This document shows positions 22,227 to 34,328 of a stretch of DNA of 64,000 nucleotides, one piece after another; positions within the stretch are counted from its first letter, which is position 1; each line of letters starts with the position of its first letter. Source of the DNA: Mantamonas sphyraenae STR306 (Eukaryota > Protista > CRuMs); NCBI GenBank assembly GCA_026936335.1, contig JAPMXV010000049.1, positions 186,001 to 250,000 on the forward strand. The letters run 5' to 3'. The notes below the pieces were generated by a model that searched no databases, was not told the origin of the DNA, and worked only from the letters and a program-made list of their open reading frames with translations. The translations under genes were made by a program, and so were the position numbers.

Positions 22227-25200
22227 TCACAGGCTTCTTTGCACCGCCTTGGCAAAGCGCTGTGCCACTTTTTCCAGCTCCTTGAGCGAGGGCATGTCCT
22301 GAATCCATTGGGAGGCCTGTTCCTGCAAAGCGTTCCATCCCAAGTGGCAGCCAAGCAGGCTTGCGGCGAGCGCGGCGTTCGGGCAAGTTTCGCCTCCTTC
22401 CTTCACAATGTCCAGAAGCACATCGACAAAGCTGCGTCCGGCACAGGCCTCGTCCATGGCCCAAAGCGCCACCGCCATGGTCTTGAGAGCGGGTAGCGAG
22501 GACGAGGTCAGGGACACCAGCGACTTGCCACTCTCGTCGCTAGAGGACATGGCGCCGTCGAGATTCATGTGCGCATCCAAGTCCAGCTCACCCAGCGACG
22601 TTGCTGTGGCACTGCTTCGGAACTCGGACGCATGTTCACCCAAAGGCACATGCTTCTCCACAAAAGCAATGCACTGGTTGCGCAAGGCGCGCCATGCAAT
22701 GTCCGAATCTGCTGGTACACCGCGAAGCAGCAGAGACACACACATGGCCGTCATGACACCTGCCGCCACACAGCGCCCATCAGGATGGGTCAGCCGAGTC
22801 ACAGAGCTGCAGATGCGCAGTACGTCGTCTCTGTGCTGGAAGCGCATGGCGCCCACGAGAGGCGCTCGTCCAAGCGCTGCGTTGTCGTGCCATCGCTTGC
22901 CGTCACGACGCCACAGTCGCTCTGTGTCCTTTAGAGGCTCGGTTGTGAAGCGAGCACTGTTCAGCACACGCTGAAGCGATTCCGGTATGGACACCGGAGC
23001 ACCCCGGTCAAGGATGCCGTCCTCATTCCAGACCTGCAGGCGCATGGCCAGGTCGACCATGTTCATGGATCCTGGGCTGTCGATCATGGCCTGTGCAAAC
23101 ACAAGCATCTGTTCCGTCCACACAGTGTAATCTCCTGGCACCCATCGACTGCGGTGGGCGTCCTGTACAATGTCGCCCATCCGCAGCTGTTGCATTTGAG
23201 CACGCTCACCATACCGCAGCTTCACCTTGCTGGCACTCATATGCTCCGTAGCAAGCCCCACCGCATTCCCAATGGCATAGCCCAGCATCAACCCCTTGAC
23301 CCGATCCATCAGTTCAACCTCCCCGAGCCCACGCACACTCGACCGAAGAATCGGGATGGGTGTCACTGCAGGGAGTGATGAAAGCTGCAGCGACTCTTCC
23401 ACTGCATGTAACCCGAGGGCGTGTCCGACCTGGATGCAGCTATCGTGTAGTGCCTGCACGTCCAACTGTTGGTTGTCCAGAGTGTCTGCCACGACCACCA
23501 CGTCAAACAACCCCTGCAATACCTCCTGCGCATGCTTCGCCTGACGCTTGGCCGCGCCTACCAGTGACTCCATTGCTTTCTTCTTTGTGCCTGAATACCG
23601 CCTGCGAACGGCTGCCTCCATGATCTTGTCCGATTCTGCCTGCACATGCACGGTGACCACGTGCAGCGCGCGCGTATCCATCAACTTCTCGGCACCCATT
23701 ATATCCAGCTCCAGCACACCGATGCTTCCCTGCCTGGCGTCGCCCAGAGTCAGCGACGTCGTGACTGCATCTGCGCTGGTTGCCAGGGTGCTTCCTTGCA
23801 CCTTTTGCCACTCCAGACACACTCCCTGGGCGATGGTTTCTACCACCGTCTCCTCCTCTTCCTCAACAAACCACCCACTCGGGTGCTTCTTGTAGAAAGT
23901 CTCCATCTCGGCCAGCGCAATGCGTCCTTCCCACTCGTCAAAATCCGGCAGGTGCTGTGGCAGCTGACCCGTTGTGTTCCGCCAGACGGGTACAAATACT
24001 CCGGGATAGGCACGCATGAGCTCATGCACAAGCGCCGTTTTGCCCACGCAGGGTGCACCGGTGACCACCAGCACAGGGTAGGAGTCGAGCATCGTGGCAA
24101 CCTCCGTGTTTGGCGCAGGTGTGCTCACAAGCACCGCCGTATGAGACACACCCGCCGCCACGCACAATGACAATCCCCGTGTGTCGCCGTTGGCCAGCAC
24201 AGGCACGTCCCTCACCATGCGTTCTCGGAAGCCTTTGTCCAGCGAGCTCACCACCGAGGGTTCCTCAGTAAAGTTCAGCCCCCACGCAATCACATCCAGG
24301 TTTTCTGCCACCAACACGCAGTTGCGAGGTCCACAAAACACATGTTTGATCCCTGGGCGGCTGCGTGTGCCGTAGCCAAGCAACGAAAGCTCAATCTCAC
24401 GCGGCACAGCCTGCTTGTCATCCACCAAGAAAAAGCCCAGTTGGTTCACGTCATTGCACCCCCACGTGTACACATGTGGGTTCCCACGACGATCGCGTGT
24501 CAGAACCATCGTATGCTTGCTTCCACAGGCCACCTCCACCACCTCTTCGTTCCCAAACATCTGCACGAGTTGCGGCACTGCAGTCCCTTCGCCAAACTCC
24601 TCTCCCAGTCCCAGCTGTCCGTCCACGTGGCTACCAAACATGTACAATTGCCTGTCGTGCGTCACCACCGCCGTGTGATGCTCTCCACACTCCACCTGCA
24701 CCACCTGCAGCCCTTGCGAACGAAAGTGTTCGACGGGCAGGGGAAACAGGCACCGTTCTGTGTCCCCCAACCCCAGCTCTCCGTGTTCGTTGGCTCCCCA
24801 CGCATACAATGTGCCTGCTGCCGTCACTGCAAAGCTGTTGTGTGCACTGCATGCAATCGACGTCACTTCGTGGCCGTTGAGAAAGTCCAGTTGCGTCGGT
24901 GTGTGTGTTCCCTGCCCCCCTGCGTCATCTCCGCTATGCCCATCTCCCAATATGCCTGAGCCCCATGCAAACACCCGATGACACGACGTCAGAGCCATCG
25001 AGTGCGAATCCGAACATGCGCTGCGCACGAAAAAGCATCCGTCGTCTGTGTCCAGCTGCGCCAGCGACTCCTGTTGCTCTATGGCTCCTAGTCCCAGCTG
25101 GCCGTTGCGCCCGTCCCCGCAGCTGTACAGCTTGCCGTTATACCCCACGGCCAGCATGTGCATAGACGAACACGCCACATCCAGGTAGTATCCACTCACC

Positions 25201-26000
25201 AGTCCCGGCTCCTCGGCCGCCTCGCCTTTTCCATCTCCATCCATGCGTCCCACAAACGCACTGTCTCCCCATGTAACCAATACACCGACTCGATTACGCA
25301 GCTCTTTCCGCTCCTCCATCCCAAGCGGCCTTCCGTCTCCGCCTTCACTTCCCTGCGTCAAGCGTGAGTCGTTCAATCCGTCGTCCAGCTGAACCTTGAC
25401 GTGTCCGCTGTGCGTCAATTCTATGCTTCCACTTCCTCCTCCGCCTCCTTCCCCATCTCCTTCCTCTTCTGCCTCCAGCTGCCACAGATCTTGGGACTGG
25501 TGAACATCCGCCTCAACAAAGCCGTCGCCTCCGTATCCACTGCGGCCTCCAGGGGTGTGTGCCCCGCTTGGTGATGCAACCATCCCCGAGTACTCCAGCT
25601 CCCTGCTCTGGTCCATCCCTAAAGGCGTGGACGCTCCCTTTGGCGTTCCACCGTTTGCGTGCGCAGCCGTTTCCCGCGCCGAAAAGTCCAACGCGCGCAC
25701 CGGTGTTTCGCTGTCCCCAACCTTGCTCCCGGGCGTCCCAACATTTGAGACTTGGCTCCCGGGCATCTTTACCCCGCTTGCCATCGGAGTACTTCCGTTG
25801 TCTTTCAATATAATGTTCCCTTCCGGGGTACTCAGCACATGTTTGCTAATCTCGCTTCCTGGTGTCTCTTGCACTCGACTGCTGTTTGACACACTCTTTG
25901 GCGTGCCACTGTGCTCACTGTCCACCATCACCACGGACTCCTCCATCGCTACCCCCTGCTGACGCGGGGCAGCCTTTGCCTTTGATGCCCCGCAACCCAT
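22227..26000 (-). CDS. N-acylated RCC1-repeat / guanylate kinase-like / ADP-ribosylglycohydrolase-like multidomain protein
   Basis: MGCGAS start; RCC1 repeats (LYSCGDGRNGQLG, WGANEHGELG, VACGSKHT); P-loop GAPCVGKT; ARH fold motifs (DRVKGLMLGYAIGNAVG, NAALGR, LTHPDGRC, NAALAASLLG). Confidence 0.8.
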   Translation of the reverse strand: MGCGASKAKAAPRQQGVAMEESVVMVDSEHSGTPKSVSNSSRVQETPGSEISKHVLSTPEGNIILKDNGSTPMASGVKMPGSQVSNVGTPGSKVGDSETPVRALDFSARETAAHANGGTPKGASTPLGMDQSRELEYSGMVASPSGAHTPGGRSGYGGDGFVEADVHQSQDLWQLEAEEEGDGEGGGGGSGSIELTHSGHVKVQLDDGLNDSRLTQGSEGGDGRPLGMEERKELRNRVGVLVTWGDSAFVGRMDGDGKGEAAEEPGLVSGYYLDVACSSMHMLAVGYNGKLYSCGDGRNGQLGLGAIEQQESLAQLDTDDGCFFVRSACSDSHSMALTSCHRVFAWGSGILGDGHSGDDAGGQGTHTPTQLDFLNGHEVTSIACSAHNSFAVTAAGTLYAWGANEHGELGLGDTERCLFPLPVEHFRSQGLQVVQVECGEHHTAVVTHDRQLYMFGSHVDGQLGLGEEFGEGTAVPQLVQMFGNEEVVEVACGSKHTMVLTRDRRGNPHVYTWGCNDVNQLGFFLVDDKQAVPREIELSLLGYGTRSRPGIKHVFCGPRNCVLVAENLDVIAWGLNFTEEPSVVSSLDKGFRERMVRDVPVLANGDTRGLSLCVAAGVSHTAVLVSTPAPNTEVATMLDSYPVLVVTGAPCVGKTALVHELMRAYPGVFVPVWRNTTGQLPQHLPDFDEWEGRIALAEMETFYKKHPSGWFVEEEEETVVETIAQGVCLEWQKVQGSTLATSADAVTTSLTLGDARQGSIGVLELDIMGAEKLMDTRALHVVTVHVQAESDKIMEAAVRRRYSGTKKKAMESLVGAAKRQAKHAQEVLQGLFDVVVVADTLDNQQLDVQALHDSCIQVGHALGLHAVEESLQLSSLPAVTPIPILRSSVRGLGEVELMDRVKGLMLGYAIGNAVGLATEHMSASKVKLRYGERAQMQQLRMGDIVQDAHRSRWVPGDYTVWTEQMLVFAQAMIDSPGSMNMVDLAMRLQVWNEDGILDRGAPVSIPESLQRVLNSARFTTEPLKDTERLWRRDGKRWHDNAALGRAPLVGAMRFQHRDDVLRICSSVTRLTHPDGRCVAAGVMTAMCVSLLLRGVPADSDIAWRALRNQCIAFVEKHVPLGEHASEFRSSATATSLGELDLDAHMNLDGAMSSSDESGKSLVSLTSSSLPALKTMAVALWAMDEACAGRSFVDVLLDIVKEGGETCPNAALAASLLGCHLGWNALQEQASQWIQDMPSLKELEKVAQRFAKAVQRSL

Positions 26001-26160
26001 TGCTTTTTTGGCTCGACTCGTGCAGTGCCAATCGCCAATGATTTCGACCTTGTGTGTCAAACGGACCTCTCATCCAATCCTATCACTCAACGCAACTCGG
26101 CGTTTTCATCGTCTGCATGACTCAGCCGCCGGCCGAGCAAAGCAAACGAATTTTTCCAGG

Positions 26161-27793
26161 ATGCCATCGTGGACTCAGCGTCCCGCGCGCTCGCAGGATC
26201 TCTCCATAGATGGCAGTGACTCGGAGAGTGACACCGAAGATTTCGCAGACGTGCTGTTGGAGCAGGAGGTGGCTTCCGGAATGCCAAGCGGCGGATTTTA
26301 CGGAAGCAGCACACATTCACAGGAAGGTGTTCACCTGGTTTCCATTCCGCGTACGCGTCACGCAGTGCCCGGGTACAACCATGGAGCGTCTTTACAGCAC
26401 GAAGAGACATCCATGGAGGACGACGACGTGATTGATGTGGAGCCAGCTGGAAGGCCACGGGTTCCAGAAGACATGGAAGAAGGGTACAACAGCGACGACG
26501 AGCGCACACTGGAGTCCATTACGCAAAGATTGAATGTGCACACAGTGGAGGAACTGGTGAGTTTGTTGGACGCACGCCACGGGGTCGCTAATTCTGGTGT
26601 TTGCTTTTTGAGGTTGCTCCCAGCCATGCCCTACGAAAGAGGGCAGATGTTCTCTAACGCACATCCTCGTCATCATCCCGTCAACCCTCCTCTGCCACAC
26701 ATGCACAGCTGGCAATGGAAGCAAAGTTCGAAGATACGCTCAAGCAAGAACGGGGACTGGCAGTTCGCAGAGTGCAGAGCGACGGGAACTGCCTTTTCCG
26801 AGCCGTAGGTAAGTCAACAGACCCGAAACCCTGGCTCATTCCACCCCACTGTCACGGTTACAGCCAAAATTTATCACCACCAGCTCACACGTGGCTCGCC
26901 GTACAGCGCTGCTTGTGTTCGGGGACGAAGAATTGCACGCCAACGTGCGCCAAACATGCATGGACTGGATGGTGGCCGAACGAGACCACTATTCCCAGTT
27001 CGTTACGGAGGACTTTAACGATTATATCAAGCGCAAGCGGGAGGACAAGTGCTTTGGCAACAACCTGGAGATTCAAGCCATGAGCGAACAGTACAACAGG
27101 CCCGTGGAGGTGTACAGCTACTCCAGCGAGCCCATCAATATCTTTCAAGGGCAGCCCGACCCACAAACTGTGCCCATCCGCCTCAGCTACCATGCAAACA
27201 ACCACTACAACGCCGTGTACAACCCAGACAAACCCGGGGAAGGCGTAGGCCAGGGTCTTGGGGGTGCCGAGGAACAGCGGGACTTGGAAGAGAAGCTGCT
27301 GATGGAAGACACACTGGCAGAGAGTGAAAAGATGGCATTGGAAGAGGAAACGGCACAGGCTGTGCTGGAGTCAAGTCGAGCCGAGATGGAAGCTCAGGAA
27401 AGGGAAGAAGAGCAGCGAGCCATGCTTCTCAGCATGGGCATGAATGCAAGTAGCAGTGACCATATGGACGCAGACGTCGACCAGGTCATCGCCGAGAGCA
27501 AGCGCGAGCGCCAGGAAGTGGAAGAGGATCAGGAGCGCAGGGCTCTTTTGATGAGCATGGGCGTCGACGTCTCATCCATGAGTGCCAAGGAAGTGCAACG
27601 TATGGTGGCCACTCTTGAGGAGGAGGACGATGGCCAGGGAATGTCGGACATGATCCTCGACGCCTCGTCGTCTTCTCACGGCGGGCCTCAACTCACACCC
27701 GAGCAACGTGCCATTCTGGAATCCATGGGCTACAAGGTGGAATTTATGGATGCATCCACATTGGAAGCTGTTCTGCAATCCATGGGGCTGTAG
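26161..27793 (+). CDS. OTU-family deubiquitinase (OTUD5-like) with C-terminal UIM-like helices; introns 26557-26708, 26809-26906
   Basis: SDGNCLFRAV, GNNLEIQAMSE.YNRPVEVY, IRLSYH..NHYNAV; repeated (A/V)(L/I)xES motifs. Confidence 0.9.
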
Positions 27794-27881
27794 GGGAGCA
27801 GAAATGAACTCAACTCGACTTGTGTGGGTTGGCTGCCAGGGTTCCCGACCGTTGTTGCGTTTTCATCGTCGGATGGACCAC

Positions 27882-28772
27882 TCAGTTGCTGTTCTTGAGG
27901 TTGTTGGCCACAAAGTTCCAGTCGACGACCTTCCACCAGTTGGCAAGGTACTCGGGGCGGCGGTTCTGGTAGTCCAGATAGTACGCGTGCTCCCACACGT
28001 CCACAGTCAGCAACGGAGTTTGGTTGTTGACCTGCGGGTTGCCTGCGTTGAACGTGTTGGCCAGCTCCAGCTTGCCCTGCTCGTTCTTCACCAGCCAGGT
28101 CCAACCCGAGCCGAACAGCGCTGTGGCGTTGGCCGTAAACTCGTCCTTGAACGAGTCAAAGTCGCCAAACGACTCGTTGATGGCCTTGAGCAGCTCCTCG
28201 TCCTGGGGAGTGTTGTTGTCCACGTCCGTGTTCTCGCTCATGCAGTGCCAGTAGAACGTGTGGTTGACAATCTGCGCCGTCTGGTTGAACAGGCCAGCCT
28301 TGGCCGTGTCCTCCGCCGCAATGAGCATCACCTCCTCCACAGGCTTCCCCTCCAGATCCGAACCCTCCAGAAGGTTGTTTGCGTTGTTCACGTACGTCTG
28401 TGGGTGTCACCGTGTCCAGTGTTTGCGTTTTGTGTCAGCCGGAAAAGCTCCGTTCCCGCCCTCTGGCGGAAAATGCCCTTCCCGCACCTCACCTGATGGT
28501 GCTTGTTGTAGTGGTAGTCCAGCACGTTGGGCGACAGTGCAGGCTTCAGACCATCCTGGATGTAGGAGATCTCAGGCAGAGTGTACTTGCTTGCACTCTG
28601 TGTTCCGTCGTCGTCCGTGTCAGTTGCGTTGGGCATGGGCCACTTTCGTACCTGCAAGCACGTCCACATGGCTCTCTCTACACCTCACCTGGGTTGCAGA
28701 CACACTTGCAGCTACGCTGGCAGACGTCTTGGATGCAGACTTGATGACAGAAGAGCGAGAAACAATCGACAT
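27882..28772 (-). CDS. Iron superoxide dismutase with putative mitochondrial presequence; introns 28598-28688, 28398-28492
   Basis: HYNKHHQTYV, FNQTAQIVNHTFYW (Fe-type AQ), FGSGWTW, DVWEHAYYLDYQNRR; Ser/Ala/Lys-rich acid-free exon 1. Confidence 0.9.
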
Positions 28773-28791
28773 TTTTGTTGGAAGAGTTGGC

Positions 28792-31700
28792 TCAGACGCG
28801 GCTGCGTTTCTCGTCGTGCGTCCCTCCATTGGTGACCGTAGACCCATCCTCATCATTGGCATCCTCAGTCTCCATCACATCTCGCTTGCGCTTGCGTTGT
28901 CGGCGTTCTCTGACGAGCTCGTGGACAGCGTCCGCTCGTGCTCCCAGCTCCTTGAGGAAGATCTTGATCACATCCCTGCCTTTAACCACATTCTGCACTC
29001 GAATGCGTTCGTTCTCCACGTGGGCATGGTCCGACGCCTGTACCAAGGGCAAGTGCAGGGCAGGGGCTTGCAGAATGGTTTCCAGGAATGGGATCGTGGG
29101 GATGGTGCCGCCTTCTCGCACCAGCATGGGTTCCGTTTCCCATACCTGCTTGATGGCTTCTTTGGCGCACTGGAACGGCACGTTTTCGTGGTCGGCCAGC
29201 CACCAGTTGCCCGAGCGCAGCACCTCCACATGCAATTCGTTTCCGGTCTGCTGCGCTTCAAACTGCCTTTGCAGGTGCTTGATGACGATGTCTTCGACGT
29301 CTTCCACAACCTGGTCTGGGACGATGCGTACACTCAATGTGGCCTCGGCGACGTTGGAAATGACTGACCATGCGTGGTTGTGGCTTGTGCGCACACTGTG
29401 GATCGAAAGGCTCGGTTGCCGCCACCGCTGCTTCAGGATTTCCACCTTGTCGTCTTGCTGACCACGCAGCTTGTTTACCGCAATCTCTTTACGGTACTGC
29501 TCCACGTCAAACTCGAGGTTGTCGTACAAGGGACCCTCCGTTTCTGCATCCCAAGGCCGCACCTGGTCGTAGAATCCAGGCACGTGGATGTTGCCCTCTG
29601 CGTCCACCAACTTGCTCAGCAACTGCATGAGGGCGTGCATGGGCTCGTACACGACGCCTCCGTGGACACCAGAGTGCATGTTTTCCCCGGGTCCCTTCAC
29701 CGTCACGCGCATTGTGATGATGCCTCTCATGCCGTAGCAAAGGCACGGTGTGTGGTCACCAATCCAGGTTGCGTTGGACAATACGATCACATCTGTGTCC
29801 TCTAGGAACTCCTTGTTCCGTTCCACCGCGTCCTGCAACCCCTGGCTGTCGCATTCTTCCTCACCTTCGATCAAGAAGTTGATGTTCACGGGCAAACTCT
29901 CTTCCTCCTGCAGCTCATGGGCAGCCATCAGCATCATCATGATGGGGCCCTTGTTGTCGCTTGTTCCACGGCCGTAGAAGTATCCGTTTCTTCCCATCAT
30001 GCTCCACGGATCCTGATCCCATCCATCATCGGCAGAGGCCTCCACCACGTCGTAGTGGCCGTAGAACGTCACAGTGGGCTTCTCCTCCGGATGTTTAGCC
30101 ATGATCTTGGAAAAAATCAACGGATTGGCACCTTCCTTGCCCACCACCAACTTTGAGGAGAAACCGAGCTGATCCAACACCGCAGTGAGCATGCTGGCCA
30201 TCGCGTACGACTCGTCCTTGTAGCGCGGGTTGCCGCTGACACTGGGGATGGCCACCGCACGGTTGAGGAGAGCAAACAGGAGCTCGTTGCCATGGAGACG
30301 TGAGATCATCGCTTCCACACTGGCGTTTGCGCTCACAAGCAGTTTGCGTTTGCTTCGCGGCGTGCCTCCAGCACTTGTGTCGTGCGAGCTGTCTCCGTCC
30401 TCGGACGCTGCTGCGACCATGTCATCCTGGTCCATTGCGTCGGAGATGTCGTCGTCCACCGTGCCCGTGGCGACCGGAAACATGCACACAGTGCCATCGA
30501 GGGAGCCTGTGAAAAAGAACGAACCACGGACCACGAGGCTGGTGACGGCGTCGTCGTGCGCCTGAAAGCTGTACATACACTCCAGATTGCTGAGGGACCA
30601 CTGTCGTACGGTGCCGTCGCGGCTTGCAGAGAACAGGTACTCGGGAGTGGAGGCAAGGGCGAGGACGTGTGCCTTGTGCGCAAGGCGGCGCTTGCAGAAC
30701 ATGGGCTCCTGAGTGGCGTCCCACACACGCACACTGTTGTCTGTGGAGCCAGAAAACAGCAGCTCGTGTGTCGCGTTGTAATGGAGCGCCATGATGTTGC
30801 CCTGGTGTCCCACGAGCCCTTGTGCACATTGCATCGAACGCGCGTTCCACACGCGGATGGACATGTCCCCCGACCCGGACACAACGTACTCGGGAGTCGA
30901 GGCAAGGCTGTACACGTAGCCGTGATGGTGGAACTTGTTGTGCCGCCGGCGGTTCACGCGCTCCATGTCGATTTGTGTTTCGTCGCCACGGAGCTCGTCC
31001 ATGATGCCCAAGAGGTCCAGCGAATAGATGGTCATGTCCTGTGCACCAACAAAGAGGGTGCGGGAGTCGTCGCCCACAGAAAGGCTGTAGATGCCCGAAA
31101 CGGGGCATCGGATGGTCAGCCGCAGCTGGAAGGACGACAGGTCCCAAAGGCGAATGGTTGCATCGCTGGAAGAGCTCAACAGCCAGCACACCCCGTCCTG
31201 GGAAAAGGTGAGCAGACACAGGACGGAGCGAGTATGGCCCTTGAGTGCAGCCTTGAGTTCCAAGGATTCAATGTCGTGCACGTTGATGGTCGAATCTTGC
31301 GAGCCGCTGAGAAGGTAGTGAGCAGAGGCCGCAAGTGCAAGCACGGGGCCTGAGTGCTCTGTGAACCGATGCTTGTCCGTAGCTTGCATCGCCATCATGT
31401 CCTCCTCAGCGTTGCTGGCGACCATGAGCATGGACATGGAGGACGATTTTGTCAGGCGGCCTTGCCCTTCCGAGGTGAAATCGGAATTGGTGGACAATGA
31501 TGATGATGATGAACTGCGATGAGTAGGGTTGTGGACGTCTCTTAGACGCTGAGCTTGGACATGTTTGAGGGCACGAATGATGTCCTGGCGGGTCCCGCGG
31601 CAGCGCGAGTTCATGGTTTCCGTGACGACGCCGGCATAGTCTGTCGAGTTGTGGGATGTCCTGAGGGCGGAAGTAGCAGCGGCAGCGGATTTGGTTGAGG

Positions 31701-32992
31701 AAGATGAAGACGAGGATGATGATGACTGCTGGGAAAACGCCGGCGGACCGGAGAAGCAGGTCGCGTTGTGGGACGTGGCAGCCGCTGAGGGGCCGACGTC
31801 GATGTGGTGGGGTTTGGAAGTAAGCTGTTCGTAGGGGTAGAGCAGGATACTTGTGTCGCTGGTGATGACAAGAAAGGTGTTGCGAGGCACGGGGCACCAG
31901 TCGGTCCGGTCCCAAAGGGGCTCTGAGGCAACGATGACGAGCTGTTCTCCCTTGTCTCCGTGAACCACGTTGTAGGAATCGACCTGGTTGGATGATGCTT
32001 GAGCTTTGCTGTTGCGCAGAGAGGGCTCGACGTCGCTCTGGTCGTACAGGTTTTGGTTGATGAGGGAGCGGTTGGATGTGAGCTTGTCGGCTGCGCTGAT
32101 GATATCACTTCCAGAGCTGTAATACAAGCTGACGGGTTTGTGTTTCGGGTCGTTGGAGGAGATGTAGCGCGTGCAGACGACGGTTTCTCCGTCAGTGACG
32201 GCAAAGTTGAGCAGCATGGGCTTCTCGAGATTGCATTCGACAGCCCACTCATTGAGCTGCTCGATGACGCGCACAAGATACTGCAACAGCAGTTCGGGTG
32301 ACAGTTCGTCCGAGGCAAAGTCGAAATTGTCTGGAAACTGGCTAAGGAACAAGGCGAAGCAGTACTCGGAATCGGTTGTGCCCTGCAAGTGAGCAATTCC
32401 GCGAGGACAGGTGTCAGCAGGGCGAGAAACACACGAAAGAGACTACAACGAGTCGGGAGAGGGCAGATGGCAGGCACGGCGAGTGGGCAGATGGCCATGC
32501 AGGGCGAACACGAGGGTTCTGGAAATCGCGGGAGCTCTCCGGACGTACAGTGACGGCACTGAAGGCAACCGGGTTGAGGGCCAGAATAAGCTTGCGCTTG
32601 AACCCACTTTGCACAAAGGTGGGAATGTCACCATTGTGCATGAACATGTAACGGCCAAAGGCCCATGGGTGGCAGTTTGCATCGCTGGCAGCCGAGCTGG
32701 TTCCGGCGCGCACATGGGCAAAGAGCATGGGGGAGAAGGTCTTTGCGGCAATGCGCTGGAGGTTGATGGAGTTCCACGCAGGTGTTAGGGAGGTAAACAC
32801 GCACGGGGTCGAGTCTCCATCGTCCTGGGGTGTGTACCAGCCCACGCCAAAACCTTCGCTGTGTGGGATCCCTCGGCCGGAAACCAGCTCCTGATTGCCG
32901 TATGACTGCTTCAAGATGCTATGTGTCGGACGTGTGATCAAATCTGCCATGCAGATGCTATGATCGCCCGCATACACCAAGAAACGGCACAT
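28792..32992 (-). CDS. Fusion of class II glutamine amidotransferase (Dug3-like) + WD40 + M20 peptidase (Dug2-like); intron 32383-32548
   Basis: MCRF N-terminal nucleophile, GFGVGWY, FAHVRA, NCHP, MHNG, GTTDSE; then WD40 repeats; then YGHYDVV, GRGTSDNKGP, EGEEE, HSGVHGG, AHVENE. GTTDSE through M20 lies in one 1198-aa open frame. Confidence 0.88.
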
Positions 32993-33038
32993 GAGAAAGG
33001 GATGAGAGGTGTTTTGTTGGAATGCAGGGCGCGCTTTG

Positions 33039-34269
33039 TCACTGTGATGATGATGATGATGATGATGACGAGGAAGAAGACCCTTGCCACTCGTTCTTCA
33101 ACGAGTATTTGCCATGGAGGGGACCGGTCTGGTGATACTCTGTGATCTCGCCCATGACCTCCTTGAGAAACACCTCGGGCTGCTGGACGACGTCGTTGAT
33201 CTCTTTCAGCGACAGGGCCTCGGCTCCTTCAAACACGGAAAAGATCTTGGATTTGAGCAATTCGGGATCGATGCGAACTCGTGTCTTGGAGTAGTCGCGC
33301 TTCGGCGCATCTTTGACCGCTGCCTTCTGCGCTCCGTCGTCGTGATGTGTGCCAATTGGGGATAGCGGGAAGCGGGAGCGACGTGAGGAACACGGGGATG
33401 TGAACCATGGACATGTGTGTGTGTGAGAGAGAGACAAAGCCACAATTGCTTGGCCGTGAGGGCACCGAGGGGAATGCTCGAGCAGCGCCCCTCTTGGCGA
33501 GCAAGCTGAGGCGCTGCATGTATGTCTGTGGGTGCGTGTGTGTGCATGTGCGTGCAGATTTGGGCCCACTTACGTAGCGTTCCATCCTTTGCTGTGCGCT
33601 TTGGATGCGTGACTGGCGCTCCTCTTCCTCGGTGAGCACTGTGAGTTTGTTTGCGTGTCGCTGGCGTTGGGCAGCCTCGTGTCGTTCCCGCAGAATGGCC
33701 TTGTACTCGTCGGTACGACTGGGCACACCGTCCCAGCGCTGTGAAATACGTCCAATGGCAGACATTTGGCCCCCGCGTTCTTTCAACACCTTCATGGGCC
33801 CGTGCTTTGCGCGAACCTTTTTCAGATCAAAGTGCCGAGCGAGCTTCTTTCCGTCTGCGTTTGCCAGACCCTCGTCCATTTCCACAGTGATGACGGGGTC
33901 TACACCCGGCGTTTGCGCTTGGGTCACCCGCACGATGCCAATCTGATCTCCGTGTTGTGCATGTGCCAGCTGCTTCATAAAAAACGTGGGCATTTTGACC
34001 AGCCACACGCGCGAGTTGTCTCGTTCGACGTCCTTGAGATGGTCCGAGTAGTGGCTAACTTCCTCGCCATCAAACACAAGCACCTGTCCCTTGCCAGGGT
34101 GGTTCAACACGGACAGGCCCCTCTTCCCGTTCTCGTTGACGCGATCTTCCGTTTCAACCTCCTCCTGCGTGTCTTTCTGTCCATTGTCCTCCACATCCAT
34201 CGAGTCACCGGACACAGATTCGTCCACTTCCGCCTTGGCTTTGGACTTTCGCTTCTTTTTCGATGGCAT
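33039..34269 (-). CDS. GTF2F2: Transcription initiation factor IIF beta subunit (RAP30); intron ~33327-33573
   Basis: VWLVKMP N-terminal motif; C-terminal winged helix IFSVFE..LKEI..QPEVFLKEVM.EI..GKYSLKNEW. Confidence 0.85.
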
Positions 34270-34328
34270 GGCGATTGCGCTGGGCAAACCCGCGCGACGC
34301 GGACGTGTGCTCTGCAACACGATGCATC

